This document shows, one piece after another, positions 35,030 to 44,041 of a stretch of 63,884 nucleotides of DNA; within the stretch, counting starts at the first letter, position 1; every line of letters begins with the position of its first letter. The stretch covers positions 1 to 63,884 of the IMG/VR virus record IMGVR_UViG_3300025132_000031; one strand, 5' to 3'. This DNA is from a virus (taxonomy: Duplodnaviria > Caudoviricetes). The notes beneath the pieces are model-generated. The model saw nothing but the letters and a program-made list of their open reading frames with translations. It had not been told where the DNA came from and did no database searches. Both the position numbers and the translations under genes were made by a program.

Positions 35030-35342
35030 ATCTTAAGACTAGACTAATTAAATCTCAACTCAAGACTGCTGATATAACTTAATCGGCGGTCTTTTTTATT
35101 GAGGCCCTGACACCAAAAGTACCAGGGTCTTTTCTTCTTGCTTGTTCTGCGGGAATAAGTCTCATTAATAGGTGCCAGGGTGACATGCTTTTAGAAAACC
35201 TTTCTTAGAAAAAAGAAAAGTTGTTCACTTTTTATAAGTCTTATTATTTACATATGTGAAGAAGTTAGTTATAAAGAATTAAGAAGAAGGAAAATATCTA
35301 AAAAAGTTTATAGATACCCCGTCCCCCCTGGTACCCTGGCAC
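35030..35342. other. Candidate replication origin
   Basis: AT-rich core flanked by inverted repeats gtgccagggt/accctggcac and gtaccaggg/ccctggtac, directly after the primase-helicase. Confidence 0.55.
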
Positions 35343-35343
35343 G

Positions 35344-35646
35344 ATGACCCATCCTATGTACAATACTGATCGAGATATTATCAGTCGACTAGCATCTAAA
35401 CCACTGGAAGAATTAACCAATGAAGACATTGTTAACGCAGCCCGACTTCTTATTCGTTATGACGGCTTATCTGACGGTGAAGATCTTCGAGGTGATATTA
35501 TCTTGGCCCTTCATAACTGGAACAAAACTCCCAATCAACTTCACATCAAAGCAAGAGAAATCTGGCAAAGCGGTTGGAGGCCGGGGCAACTCGATGACGA
35601 CGAAGTAGGTTCAGGCGCAGACGTTACTTCTGGGTGCGGCCAATAG
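35344..35646 (+). CDS. DUF3288-family protein
   Basis: HPMYNTDR...ARLLIRY...W...R.IW..G. Confidence 0.7.
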   Translation: MTHPMYNTDRDIISRLASKPLEELTNEDIVNAARLLIRYDGLSDGEDLRGDIILALHNWNKTPNQLHIKAREIWQSGWRPGQLDDDEVGSGADVTSGCGQ

Positions 35647-35833
35647 AAAGAAAGGTCTGCATGTCAGTACCATCGTTTGGTAATCCTAATGTTTTATATT
35701 CCAACTGCTGATTCAAAAAGTCGATTTGCGCTTTCAATTTTTGATTCTCGTCTTCAAGTTCTTCAATGTGGTCTTGATAGACAGTAATCATTTGCTCGCT
35801 AGATAGAAGTTTGGTTTCGAGTTCCCAGTCCAC
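35624..35833 (-). CDS. Small coiled-coil protein
   Basis: ORF track. Confidence 0.6.
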   Translation of the reverse strand: MDWELETKLLSSEQMITVYQDHIEELEDENQKLKAQIDFLNQQLEYKTLGLPNDGTDMQTFLSIGRTQK

Positions 35834-35836
35834 GCA

Positions 35837-36052
35837 TCATCTTCTCTTAGATTTTTCAAGTTGTCTAAGTCTCATTTCATGATCCTTGACATCTTCCTTT
35901 AACATTACTATATCCTTAGATAGTTCAGTTCTTAATAACTTAACTTCTCTTAAGATTGCTTCCATACCTGTCTTCATGCTGCCCCAAGTGAAAGCCATCC
36001 TCCACAGGGCTCCAGCAGAAGCAATTCCGATAATGGCGGTGACTTCCAACAA
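35837..36052 (-). CDS. TM plus coiled-coil protein (HEMRLRQLE), possibly lysis-related
   Basis: Hydrophobic N-terminus; TAGAAT upstream. Confidence 0.6.
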   Translation of the reverse strand: MLEVTAIIGIASAGALWRMAFTWGSMKTGMEAILREVKLLRTELSKDIVMLKEDVKDHEMRLRQLEKSKRR

Positions 36053-36083
36053 TTGACGACTCCGTCCTACACCTACATTCTAT

Positions 36084-36590
36084 ATGACTTCTCTTAAGCC
36101 TCCTAAATCACCACATCATTGGGATCAACGATTCCTTTATGCAGCTCGAATGTTCGCTGGTTGGTCTAAAGATCCAAGTACTAAGGTCGGAGCAATAGCA
36201 GTAAGAGATCGCAGAATATTAGTAGAAGGATATAACGGCTTGCCCAGTGGCATTACTGATTCAGATACTCGACTAAAAAATAGAGACACTCGGCTAAGTT
36301 TAACTGTTCATGCCGAGATGAATTGCGTTGCATATGCAGCACGTAACGGGGTCTGCTTAGCTGGTGCAACAATGTATATTTGGCCGTTCATGGCCTGCAG
36401 TCAATGTGCCGCCGTATTAATACAAGCCGATATTGGTAAGATTGTAATTCCAGACTATGTAGAACCTTATCGTTGGCAAGAATCATTTGATAGAGCCAGA
36501 GAAATGTGTGTCGAAGCTGGAATATCTGTTCACAAAATACCAATGGAAGGTGATATAGACGAGGTTGAACATTCTGTCACTGAAGATTAA
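36084..36590 (+). CDS. dCMP deaminase
   Basis: SKDPSTKVGA, GYNG, HAE, CSQC. Confidence 0.92.
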   Translation: MTSLKPPKSPHHWDQRFLYAARMFAGWSKDPSTKVGAIAVRDRRILVEGYNGLPSGITDSDTRLKNRDTRLSLTVHAEMNCVAYAARNGVCLAGATMYIWPFMACSQCAAVLIQADIGKIVIPDYVEPYRWQESFDRAREMCVEAGISVHKIPMEGDIDEVEHSVTED

Positions 36591-36625
36591 ACTATCGTAA
36601 CAATTGAATCAACGTCTATCTAGGA

Positions 36626-36850
36626 ATGTCTAAGTTTGAATTAGGCCATCGAGTCACTAATCAAGTTGATGGGAGGGATGGTTTTGTTGTCAGTGCCCCA
36701 TATAATAAGCTCGTCCCTGTTGCTATAGAGCAAAGTACTCGCAAAGAATTATGGCCTGAGACTCAAGTCTTAATGAAACCACAAGACGAACAGCTCGTAG
36801 CTATGGGAGGCGATTACAACGCACCACCAGGTTTTCCTTTAAACATTTAA
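36626..36850 (+). CDS. Hypothetical SH3-like protein
   Basis: FELGHRV...GFV. Confidence 0.6.
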   Translation: MSKFELGHRVTNQVDGRDGFVVSAPYNKLVPVAIEQSTRKELWPETQVLMKPQDEQLVAMGGDYNAPPGFPLNI

Positions 36851-36851
36851 T

Positions 36852-37532
36852 ATGGCTCAATGGGCATTACCTCCGAAGCTTCATTCCGAAATAGAAGGAG
36901 GTCCTCTATGTTTTCATGCCGACCACAATATAGGCTCGAAGGATGGACGTGTTCCAAGATACAATGATAGCCACTCGTGTGTTAGATGTATTAGTGCTTT
37001 AACAGAAGGACGTTTAGCTCTCGATGTTCATCGAATAGAAAGAAAATATAGACGTAGGTTTCTAGAGTTTTGGTCGTTCGTAGAGATCAGAGGACCCAAC
37101 GAATGTTGGCCATGGAGAGGAAAGTATCATTCAAGATCTAACTCCAGTTACTTTGCTATGCCTAGGCACTGGGGATCAGGAAGACAATACTCTGCTCAAA
37201 GATGTGCCGTTTGGTTTACGTGGGGAGACGTTGGTCGACTACCTATTAAACCTGTTTGTGGCGATCATAATTGCTGCAATCCCTTGCACTTAAGAGTTAA
37301 AGGCGTTCCTCATTACTTCCAAGACCGTCACCTTCAATCAATCGACTTAGAATTCAATTCCAATAAATTATTAGGCGAGACACAATTATTTTTAGAGACA
37401 ACATACGATAAAGATCCTAAACGATTTGAGAAACTTCAAAAAGCCAATAAGATTTGGATTGACTTCCGTCTAGCATCCAACGGTCCGGTTGATCCTATGA
37501 GCATCCACTCTCTCAACGCCCATAAGAAATGA
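36852..37532 (+). CDS. HNH/His-Me finger homologue, catalytic His apparently absent
   Basis: FWSFV...ECWPWRG...AQR...PVCGDHNCCNPLHL. Confidence 0.7.
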   Translation: MAQWALPPKLHSEIEGGPLCFHADHNIGSKDGRVPRYNDSHSCVRCISALTEGRLALDVHRIERKYRRRFLEFWSFVEIRGPNECWPWRGKYHSRSNSSYFAMPRHWGSGRQYSAQRCAVWFTWGDVGRLPIKPVCGDHNCCNPLHLRVKGVPHYFQDRHLQSIDLEFNSNKLLGETQLFLETTYDKDPKRFEKLQKANKIWIDFRLASNGPVDPMSIHSLNAHKK

Positions 37533-37551
37533 ATGACCTAAGATAGATGTA

Positions 37552-38454
37552 TTGAATTACTCAGAGAAAGAGGTAATGGCAGCATCATTTGCTAAGGATC
37601 AAGAAGCTTTTTATCGCTCCCAAGGCTGGAAGAATCTGGACGACAAGGATAAAGCTAGAAATAAACATATTTACGATCAAATAATAAGCTCGGCAGGTGA
37701 AGACAAGTCCTTATCCTATGACGAATATGAAAATATATTTAAGGATCGTGGAGATGCATGGGGCAAGTACGCCTATAGCAGGGATGCTTTAGCTGCTGCG
37801 ATGGCCGAAGCGGGGACCTCAGGCGGAATTAAACTAGATGCAAATGCTCGTTATATGAGGGATAATGATTTAGCTTTTGATGGAGACGATCTTTTATTAA
37901 GAGCTGACGGAGGTTGGGATGATTTTGATATCGACCTTAGAAGCTCGGGTAAAGCCCGTTTCGAAAGAATGGAAGAAGATGGTGATGACGATTACTGGAA
38001 TATCTATAGATATACAGGTGCTCCAGCCGTAGTAGAAAAAGAAAAAGAAATAGAAGAAGAAGTGGTACAGCCTATCGTAGAAGATACAGTTAAACCTAAA
38101 CCAACAGATCCATATCTTATTGACAAAAGAGAAGAGTGGGACGAAACGACTGATCCAACCCGCACACCTACTCCTAAAGTAGGGGGTCGTGGCATGCAAG
38201 ATTATATGCCAATACAAATGGATAGGTGGATGAATGTAGGTGTTAATCCTGGTCGCAGATTAGGTGTTGATTTGACTCCTATGGAACAGCTAGGAAGTAT
38301 ACCTTTTATCACAGCAGGACAATACGATCAAAGTTTAAACAAAAAAACTCCAACTCTTTCTGGCGGAAGATTCTATGGATTTCTTAAGAACGAACCTGGT
38401 AGTGCGTCGTCTTTAGCTAGTGGTCTTATCGACGATATGAAAAAGACAATATAA
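37552..38454 (+). CDS. Acidic hypothetical protein
   Basis: 300-aa ORF. Confidence 0.75.
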   Translation: MNYSEKEVMAASFAKDQEAFYRSQGWKNLDDKDKARNKHIYDQIISSAGEDKSLSYDEYENIFKDRGDAWGKYAYSRDALAAAMAEAGTSGGIKLDANARYMRDNDLAFDGDDLLLRADGGWDDFDIDLRSSGKARFERMEEDGDDDYWNIYRYTGAPAVVEKEKEIEEEVVQPIVEDTVKPKPTDPYLIDKREEWDETTDPTRTPTPKVGGRGMQDYMPIQMDRWMNVGVNPGRRLGVDLTPMEQLGSIPFITAGQYDQSLNKKTPTLSGGRFYGFLKNEPGSASSLASGLIDDMKKTI

Positions 38455-38488
38455 CAGTTAAGATATAAATATTAAGACTAAAGAGAAC

Positions 38489-39316
38489 ATGTCAACTCCA
38501 GTATTAAATGACCCTACAACTGCAAGGGAAAGAACGCAGGAATGGTTGAGAGGAGTGTACAGAGATGAACTTGGTAGAGAAGTAGACCAAGAAGGTTTAG
38601 ATTATTGGACTGCAGACATACATGACCGTGGTCAAAATCGCAACAACGTTCTGTCTAATATTCGACGTAGTGACGAGAAATGGTTGGCAGATACATATGA
38701 AAGAGAACTAGGTAGAGGTCTTGGCGATGAAGGTAGAGAATACTGGATGGGAGACCTTCGAGGCAAGGGATCAGGCAAAGATGATTTAACCTACGGTTCT
38801 GATAGACCAGTTCAAACCAGAGATCAAGTTCTAGATAACATCAGAAGATCTGAAGAGTATAAGAATTATCAGGGTGGTGCTGATCCTGAGGATCCAATCA
38901 TTAAAAATCCTATAACTCCACCAGGCGATCCAGATCCAGTAGTTCCAATCGTTCCTATACCTACTCAGCCAGATCCAAACACTGATCCAAGAAATATTGA
39001 TTGGGGTAAATTCAATCCCAATACAATGCCAGAGTATAAAATAGATCCCAACTCACCAGGGATTAGTGCTGCTGTTAGTGCAGGCAACAGAATGACCGAT
39101 GATTTCTATGGCCGCTTCCTACCTAATTGGAAACGCACTACTGATTTAGGTACATTAGAGATGAGCTACGCTAATAACAAAAATATGAATCGCCTATTCA
39201 ATAGAGACGATAAAGGCAACGTGACCGGCGTTAATATTACGGTTTCTGATTACGAAGATCCAAAGGAAATGTTTGACTATTACTACGACAAAATGTACGG
39301 AGACAAAGACGATTAA
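38489..39316 (+). CDS. DUF4214-like repeat protein with Pro-rich linker
   Basis: ELGREVDQEGLDYW and ELGRGLGDEGREYW, each followed by NIRRS[D/E]E. Confidence 0.75.
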   Translation: MSTPVLNDPTTARERTQEWLRGVYRDELGREVDQEGLDYWTADIHDRGQNRNNVLSNIRRSDEKWLADTYERELGRGLGDEGREYWMGDLRGKGSGKDDLTYGSDRPVQTRDQVLDNIRRSEEYKNYQGGADPEDPIIKNPITPPGDPDPVVPIVPIPTQPDPNTDPRNIDWGKFNPNTMPEYKIDPNSPGISAAVSAGNRMTDDFYGRFLPNWKRTTDLGTLEMSYANNKNMNRLFNRDDKGNVTGVNITVSDYEDPKEMFDYYYDKMYGDKDD

Positions 39317-39394
39317 TCTTTACATTTCTTAATCAGATTACTATTGCATACCTAGGAATTTCTGCCTAACCTTCACCAAGGTGATGGGTTACCT

Positions 39395-40159
39395 GTGGAT
39401 TCTTTCCAAACTTGTTCTGTTCAAAAAATTGCTGCGACAGAAATGCCGCAACGATTAATTTACACAGCCTTATATTCTGCCAGATTTGGTGGCTCTTTAG
39501 CAGAAAAAGAACTGCAAAGAGAAAATGATAGTAATCAATATGCTGAAGATTCTTGTGGTCACTACATAGCTGAACACTACAGAAATAGCAGCAATAAATT
39601 ACCTTCTTGGAATCTTTATTCTCCCTTAGAGCATCCAACTATCTCTTTCGAAATCAAAGCAAATCACTCGACTATATATGAATTAGCAGTCGAAAGCAAC
39701 TCTCTTGTTTTTACCAATCAAACATTAGAAGAAGTTGCAGAAGGCACTCAATCGTTATTAAAGAATAAAGCCACGCCAATAGAAGCCTTGTTCGGCTCAC
39801 GCCCTGTCGGAAATTACCCTGACCATGCAGGTCATCGTCATCCATGGAGTGAAGAAGACAGAGAGGATCAATTGTCTTTTGGATTGTCTACCGCTTTAGA
39901 TATACAGGACAAAAAAGAGAAAGGAATATCTGCCGAACAAAGTAGTCAATGGCTCACTGTGAATGTATTGCAAAACTCAATAGCTTCGGGTAGTCTGCGT
40001 TCATGGCTACAACTACTCGACAGTCATTCTCGCCCTCATAAGTCTTATGAGATGAGAGATGTTATGTCGAAGATTTCTGATCATATCCAATCTTGGATCC
40101 CTGAAGTCTACAGTTGGTGGTCTACGCAGCACAGGTCTAAATTAGATCTTCGAGTTTAA
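39395..40159 (+). CDS. Cyanobacterial-type ThyX homologue lacking the catalytic motif
   Basis: SPLEH, RPVGNY, SLRSWL, EMR and W.PE align to ThyX; RxHR...S motif replaced. Confidence 0.75.
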   Translation: MDSFQTCSVQKIAATEMPQRLIYTALYSARFGGSLAEKELQRENDSNQYAEDSCGHYIAEHYRNSSNKLPSWNLYSPLEHPTISFEIKANHSTIYELAVESNSLVFTNQTLEEVAEGTQSLLKNKATPIEALFGSRPVGNYPDHAGHRHPWSEEDREDQLSFGLSTALDIQDKKEKGISAEQSSQWLTVNVLQNSIASGSLRSWLQLLDSHSRPHKSYEMRDVMSKISDHIQSWIPEVYSWWSTQHRSKLDLRV

Positions 40160-40160
40160 T

Positions 40161-40343
40161 ATGGATGAACTACTGAAACTAGGCATCTTTCATGATGGAT
40201 GCTCTGATCTTCTTGATCAAATAGAAAAACAAACCAAGTTCAAGTCACTAAAGAACAAGGCTCAGCACATAGAAGAATCTGCTGATTTATTATTTGTCGA
40301 CTTTCAACGAGACATAACACATGGCAAGACCGCAACCGGTTGA
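40161..40343 (+). CDS. Hypothetical protein
   Basis: Coupled ORF. Confidence 0.5.
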   Translation: MDELLKLGIFHDGCSDLLDQIEKQTKFKSLKNKAQHIEESADLLFVDFQRDITHGKTATG

Positions 40344-40767
40344 ATTACTTGTTAAGTTTTTTCCAGAATTAATAGATAAGACAGTTGCTTCTTCTAACAA
40401 GGAAGCTTCTAAGGAATTGAATGTCAGGATATGTGAAGCGATTATGTCTGACATGATCAGACATTTTGACAGTATTAGAAGTTACCTAGGTGATGGAGCC
40501 ATCATATTGAATCTCTTGTCTGAACATGTCCAAGACCGACAGAATTACGTCAATAAATTTATGATGGAACAAGACTTGAAAGATGCAGAAGAGAACAAAG
40601 ATACAACAGTTGTAGAGTTCTGCAAAGATGCATTAAAAACTTTTGATGCTATAGATTTTGAGAAGGAAATATGTTTTATTTTGCTGGATAAATCAGGCGG
40701 ATCAATACTCAAACTGCCTAGAGACAATCCTGCAAAACGCATTCAATCAATGATGGATGGATTATAA
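40321..40767 (+). CDS. Hypothetical protein
   Basis: Coupled ORF. Confidence 0.7.
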   Translation: MARPQPVELLVKFFPELIDKTVASSNKEASKELNVRICEAIMSDMIRHFDSIRSYLGDGAIILNLLSEHVQDRQNYVNKFMMEQDLKDAEENKDTTVVEFCKDALKTFDAIDFEKEICFILLDKSGGSILKLPRDNPAKRIQSMMDGL

Positions 40768-41403
40768 ATGTCTCGTAGTGCTACTGAATGTCCGGCTAAG
40801 TGTGATCTAGCTCCACCAGTAGACGTTGTAAGAGCTGCTCGTTCTGTCTTAGGGGCTATAGATTTAGACCCCTATTCCACACCAGATATTAACCGTTTAG
40901 TTCAAGCTGCTCGTTTCTATGACCGCAATGAAATATCACTAGAAGAAATTATACGTACTGATTGGGAATCTCCTAATGGTAAGCGTGTCTTCGTTGGAGC
41001 ACCTACAGGTGCAGCTTTAACTCGACGACTACTCAATAAAACATTAACCGAATACAGAGCAGGTCGTATCGATCACGCAGTGCTATGGTTAGCCCATAAC
41101 GAAGCACTGATTAGGGCACCTTGGGTCTGGGACTTTCCCGTTTGTATTCCATTTAGAAGATTGCGACCCACTTGGTGGGATGATGAACTGGAAGTATTTA
41201 GAGGGGTAGCTCCATCTGATTGGTCTGCTGTGGTATATCTTCCTCCACCAGAATCACATCAACAGTTTGATGCGATGGTTTCTCGCTTCCATAATGCTTT
41301 CAATCCTATTGGCCGAATTGTATTTAATGAATATAGTGGTAGTAATGATTGGGAAAAATCCTATCAAATTACTGTGAAGAAACCATATAATTATAAATCT
41401 TGA
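40768..41403 (+). CDS. Phage Dam-type N6-adenine MTase homologue with NPPY replaced by GAPT
   Basis: AARSVLGAIDLDPYS...N..V.A.RFY...RVFVGAPTG...EY.AG.I..AV...PVC...R. Confidence 0.7.
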   Translation: MSRSATECPAKCDLAPPVDVVRAARSVLGAIDLDPYSTPDINRLVQAARFYDRNEISLEEIIRTDWESPNGKRVFVGAPTGAALTRRLLNKTLTEYRAGRIDHAVLWLAHNEALIRAPWVWDFPVCIPFRRLRPTWWDDELEVFRGVAPSDWSAVVYLPPPESHQQFDAMVSRFHNAFNPIGRIVFNEYSGSNDWEKSYQITVKKPYNYKS

Positions 41404-41859
41404 ATGACCTTAATAGATCCGCTATTTGATAATTCCCCTGACATCTTCTTGGTTCCAACAGGTCAAAAATTTTTGACGATTAGAGCAATCATTTATGACT
41501 CGTGGATCATGTGGAAAGACGCTCTTCCTTGTGACAAAGAACATCACTCACTACTATCCCATGATGTATATAACAATATCATCGAGTTAGCTACAAGAAT
41601 ACATAAACTTCATCAATCGTTACCTACTTACAAAGGAACATCAGAAACTCCTTTTGAATTCGTCTTATGGTGGGATCCTACCGATGCTGACGAAGACTGG
41701 AGCACTGGAAAGACTTGTCGATTCATGATAGAAGACTATTCAGCTCAAGACTTACTGCATTACAACAGCATGAAAAGAAATAGTCGCCTCTCCTTAAAAG
41801 AATTAACAAGTAAGCTTGTTCAAGCTTCTGCTATTCCTCAAGTGCCTAAGTCAGGATAA
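41404..41859 (+). CDS. Possible degenerate peptidase M15 (endolysin-like) homologue
   Basis: W.DAL...NIIELA.RI...PF..V.WW.P...WSTGKTCRF versus SxHxxGxAxD. Confidence 0.45.
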   Translation: MTLIDPLFDNSPDIFLVPTGQKFLTIRAIIYDSWIMWKDALPCDKEHHSLLSHDVYNNIIELATRIHKLHQSLPTYKGTSETPFEFVLWWDPTDADEDWSTGKTCRFMIEDYSAQDLLHYNSMKRNSRLSLKELTSKLVQASAIPQVPKSG

Positions 41860-42128
41860 ATATCTTTCTTCACTTCCCAGGCGGCTGATCTAGCACCTAA
41901 AGCACCTCTGCCTGCTTCCTCAAAGACCTTACCTTTTTCTGCCTGCTGTGCAGATCTTTGACTCATGGTTGCTATACCTCTTCCTCTAGCATCGAGGCTC
42001 TTCCTTCCGCCCGTACTTCCACCATAGGATTGAGCGTTAGAGTTATATCTCCTAGCCTGTGCTAAATAATTACGTACTAATGCGTCCTTCTTTCTGTACC
42101 TGTAAGGAGCGCTTGAATTACCTCTCAA
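41838..42128 (-). CDS. Small basic protein
   Basis: Arg/Lys-rich ORF. Confidence 0.55.
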   Translation of the reverse strand: MRGNSSAPYRYRKKDALVRNYLAQARRYNSNAQSYGGSTGGRKSLDARGRGIATMSQRSAQQAEKGKVFEEAGRGALGARSAAWEVKKDIYPDLGT

Positions 42129-42179
42129 AACTTGTTAGTACTTGATTCCTTTTCTATCCTAGGCAAAATAGAAACATGA

Positions 42180-42500
42180 ATGGAAAAGACTCGCTTTGAT
42201 CTCGTCCCTTGGCAAGCTGTTGGAGACATCGCTGACGTTCTCGGCTACGGTGCTCGAAAGTATAGTTCTAATAACTGGTGCAGGGGAACTGAGTGGGGGC
42301 GTTACTTTGCCGCACTCTGCAGGCACCTGTTCGCATGGTGGAGAGGAGAGGATCGTGACCCCGAAACAGGATTCTCACACCTCGCCCACGCCGGATGTTG
42401 CTTGCTCTTCCTCATGGAATATCAAAGAAACGGATGGGGAACCGATGACAGATTCACAGGTCCAGACTCCGAAGATTTCACCAAAGGAGATGGCAGGTGA
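42180..42500 (+). CDS. dATP/dGTP diphosphohydrolase domain (DUF5664)
   Basis: KTRFDLVP...GARKY...NW...RHL..W..GED.DPETG.SHLAHA.C. Confidence 0.9.
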   Translation: MEKTRFDLVPWQAVGDIADVLGYGARKYSSNNWCRGTEWGRYFAALCRHLFAWWRGEDRDPETGFSHLAHAGCCLLFLMEYQRNGWGTDDRFTGPDSEDFTKGDGR

Positions 42501-42553
42501 CAATTAATACATTTCTCTTGATATTATTAGTGATCGCTGCTTACCTGAATTTA

Positions 42554-42763
42554 TCAATCAACCTTAGGAGAAGATGAATCTTCTACCTGCTTGATTACTT
42601 TAGAAATATCTAGCAACGTATCTATCTTTAATAAGATGTCGGCAATATGTTTGCTGATATAAGGCTTTTCAGATCTAGCAGAAAAAGCTAATGCTTCACG
42701 TAAATCTTGCTGGGCTTGATTTAAAGCTTCTTCAACTGGTTCAGTCAATCTCATCTCATTCAT
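42554..42763 (-). CDS. Conserved cyanophage hypothetical (LREALAFSARSEKP)
   Basis: Motif recognition. Confidence 0.65.
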   Translation of the reverse strand: MNEMRLTEPVEEALNQAQQDLREALAFSARSEKPYISKHIADILLKIDTLLDISKVIKQVEDSSSPKVD

Positions 42764-43197
42764 GATTGCTCTCCTGTAGGGAAAGGACGTTGATAATCTA
42801 TTGATTGATTTTCGAATTTATCTAATAATGCGGCAGCATCTTGCATGGCTTTCATGCTTTGTTCGTGTGCCTGTAATGATCTTAATTGGTCTGGTGTTAA
42901 CTGAGGAGGTGCGGGTCTTTGTACAGATTGAATGGCAGGTTGAGAAACCTGATTCATCTCTTGCTGCACTGCCTGCATCACAATAGGCGGAACCTTGTTT
43001 AAAGCATCTGCAACTTCCTGTCGACCTATTAACAGAGGCATCTTCTCTTCAACCAATTCAATACGTCTTTCAATCTGTCCTCGCCACTCAAGAGAAGCAT
43101 TGTTAGCTCTGCTTCCACTCCTAGCTCGCTTGTAAACTGTCTGGCCACAAAGCAATCCAACGGTAGTAGCAATGACTGCTCCGAGAATACTTTCCAT
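42760..43197 (-). CDS. Hypothetical protein with N-terminal TM
   Basis: ORF track. Confidence 0.65.
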   Translation of the reverse strand: MESILGAVIATTVGLLCGQTVYKRARSGSRANNASLEWRGQIERRIELVEEKMPLLIGRQEVADALNKVPPIVMQAVQQEMNQVSQPAIQSVQRPAPPQLTPDQLRSLQAHEQSMKAMQDAAALLDKFENQSIDYQRPFPTGEQS

Positions 43198-43231
43198 TTA
43201 ATTAATCCAATTGATCCTTAGTGTATCTACA

Positions 43232-43579
43232 TTACTCGCCAGGTTCAAGAACGATAGCTTCCATATCTAATTCCATACCTACATTCTCTTGCACCGTCTC
43301 TAAATAATCCTCGGCATCTTCCCACGTTGGCATGTATCCATTAGCGGCTTCGAACTCTTCAACAGCAGTCTCAGGCATAACAGCAACGCCTTCGTTCAAA
43401 TTAAAACTAAAGCCTGCTTCGTGACTACTGGCAACAAAGGTTTGCTTCTGTCTGAACCGAGCCTCCCAACAAGCAAGTAATGCCTCGATGAGTTCGTCCT
43501 TTGAGTATGTCTGCACTTCGAGAGATATTCGATGCAGCATGAACTGTTGTTCTTGAGTTAACGACGGTACTGGGTTCAT
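43232..43579 (-). CDS. nblA: NblA-like phycobilisome degradation protein with acidic C-terminal extension
   Basis: SLTQEQQFMLHRISLEVQTYSKDELIEAL; AGGAGG SD before ATG 43579. Confidence 0.65.
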   Translation of the reverse strand: MNPVPSLTQEQQFMLHRISLEVQTYSKDELIEALLACWEARFRQKQTFVASSHEAGFSFNLNEGVAVMPETAVEEFEAANGYMPTWEDAEDYLETVQENVGMELDMEAIVLEPGE

Positions 43580-43940
43580 TGTTTCCTCCTTTTGAAAACC
43601 AATGTTCGAATACTTCAGAGCTTCGAGGCTTGGTCCATACCTCAATCCTGGCAGCTCTAGAAGAACAGAAGAAAGCTTGTGCTTTAAACCATTCCTTCCA
43701 TTCTGCTGATCCTTTTTGAGAATTGCATTGAACGCAAGCAGGGATCAAATTAGATCTCATGCTACTGCCACCACGGACTCTTGGCCGTATATGATCTAAT
43801 GTTAGATGAATTTGATTCTTACCACAATAAGCACAACACCCCCATTCGTCTTTTATTGACTGACGGAAACGTTTGCGAGCAGCTTTACCTGAGAGGTCTA
43901 CCAGACCAAACACGTAGGTACCCCAGTGTTCTGGTGTCAA
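43425..43940 (-). CDS. HNH endonuclease
   Basis: CAYCG...TLDHIRPRVRGG...NLIPACVQCNSQKG. Confidence 0.9.
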   Translation of the reverse strand: MTPEHWGTYVFGLVDLSGKAARKRFRQSIKDEWGCCAYCGKNQIHLTLDHIRPRVRGGSSMRSNLIPACVQCNSQKGSAEWKEWFKAQAFFCSSRAARIEVWTKPRSSEVFEHWFSKGGNNEPSTVVNSRTTVHAASNISRSADILKGRTHRGITCLLGGSVQTEANLCCQ

Positions 43941-44041
43941 ATAACGAGTTCAATTAATACCACGCTACAATCGTCTGTAGATATGTTTTTTGTGTTCACT
44001 ACTGAAAACTCTCTACAATTAAAAGTGGCACCTAAATAACC

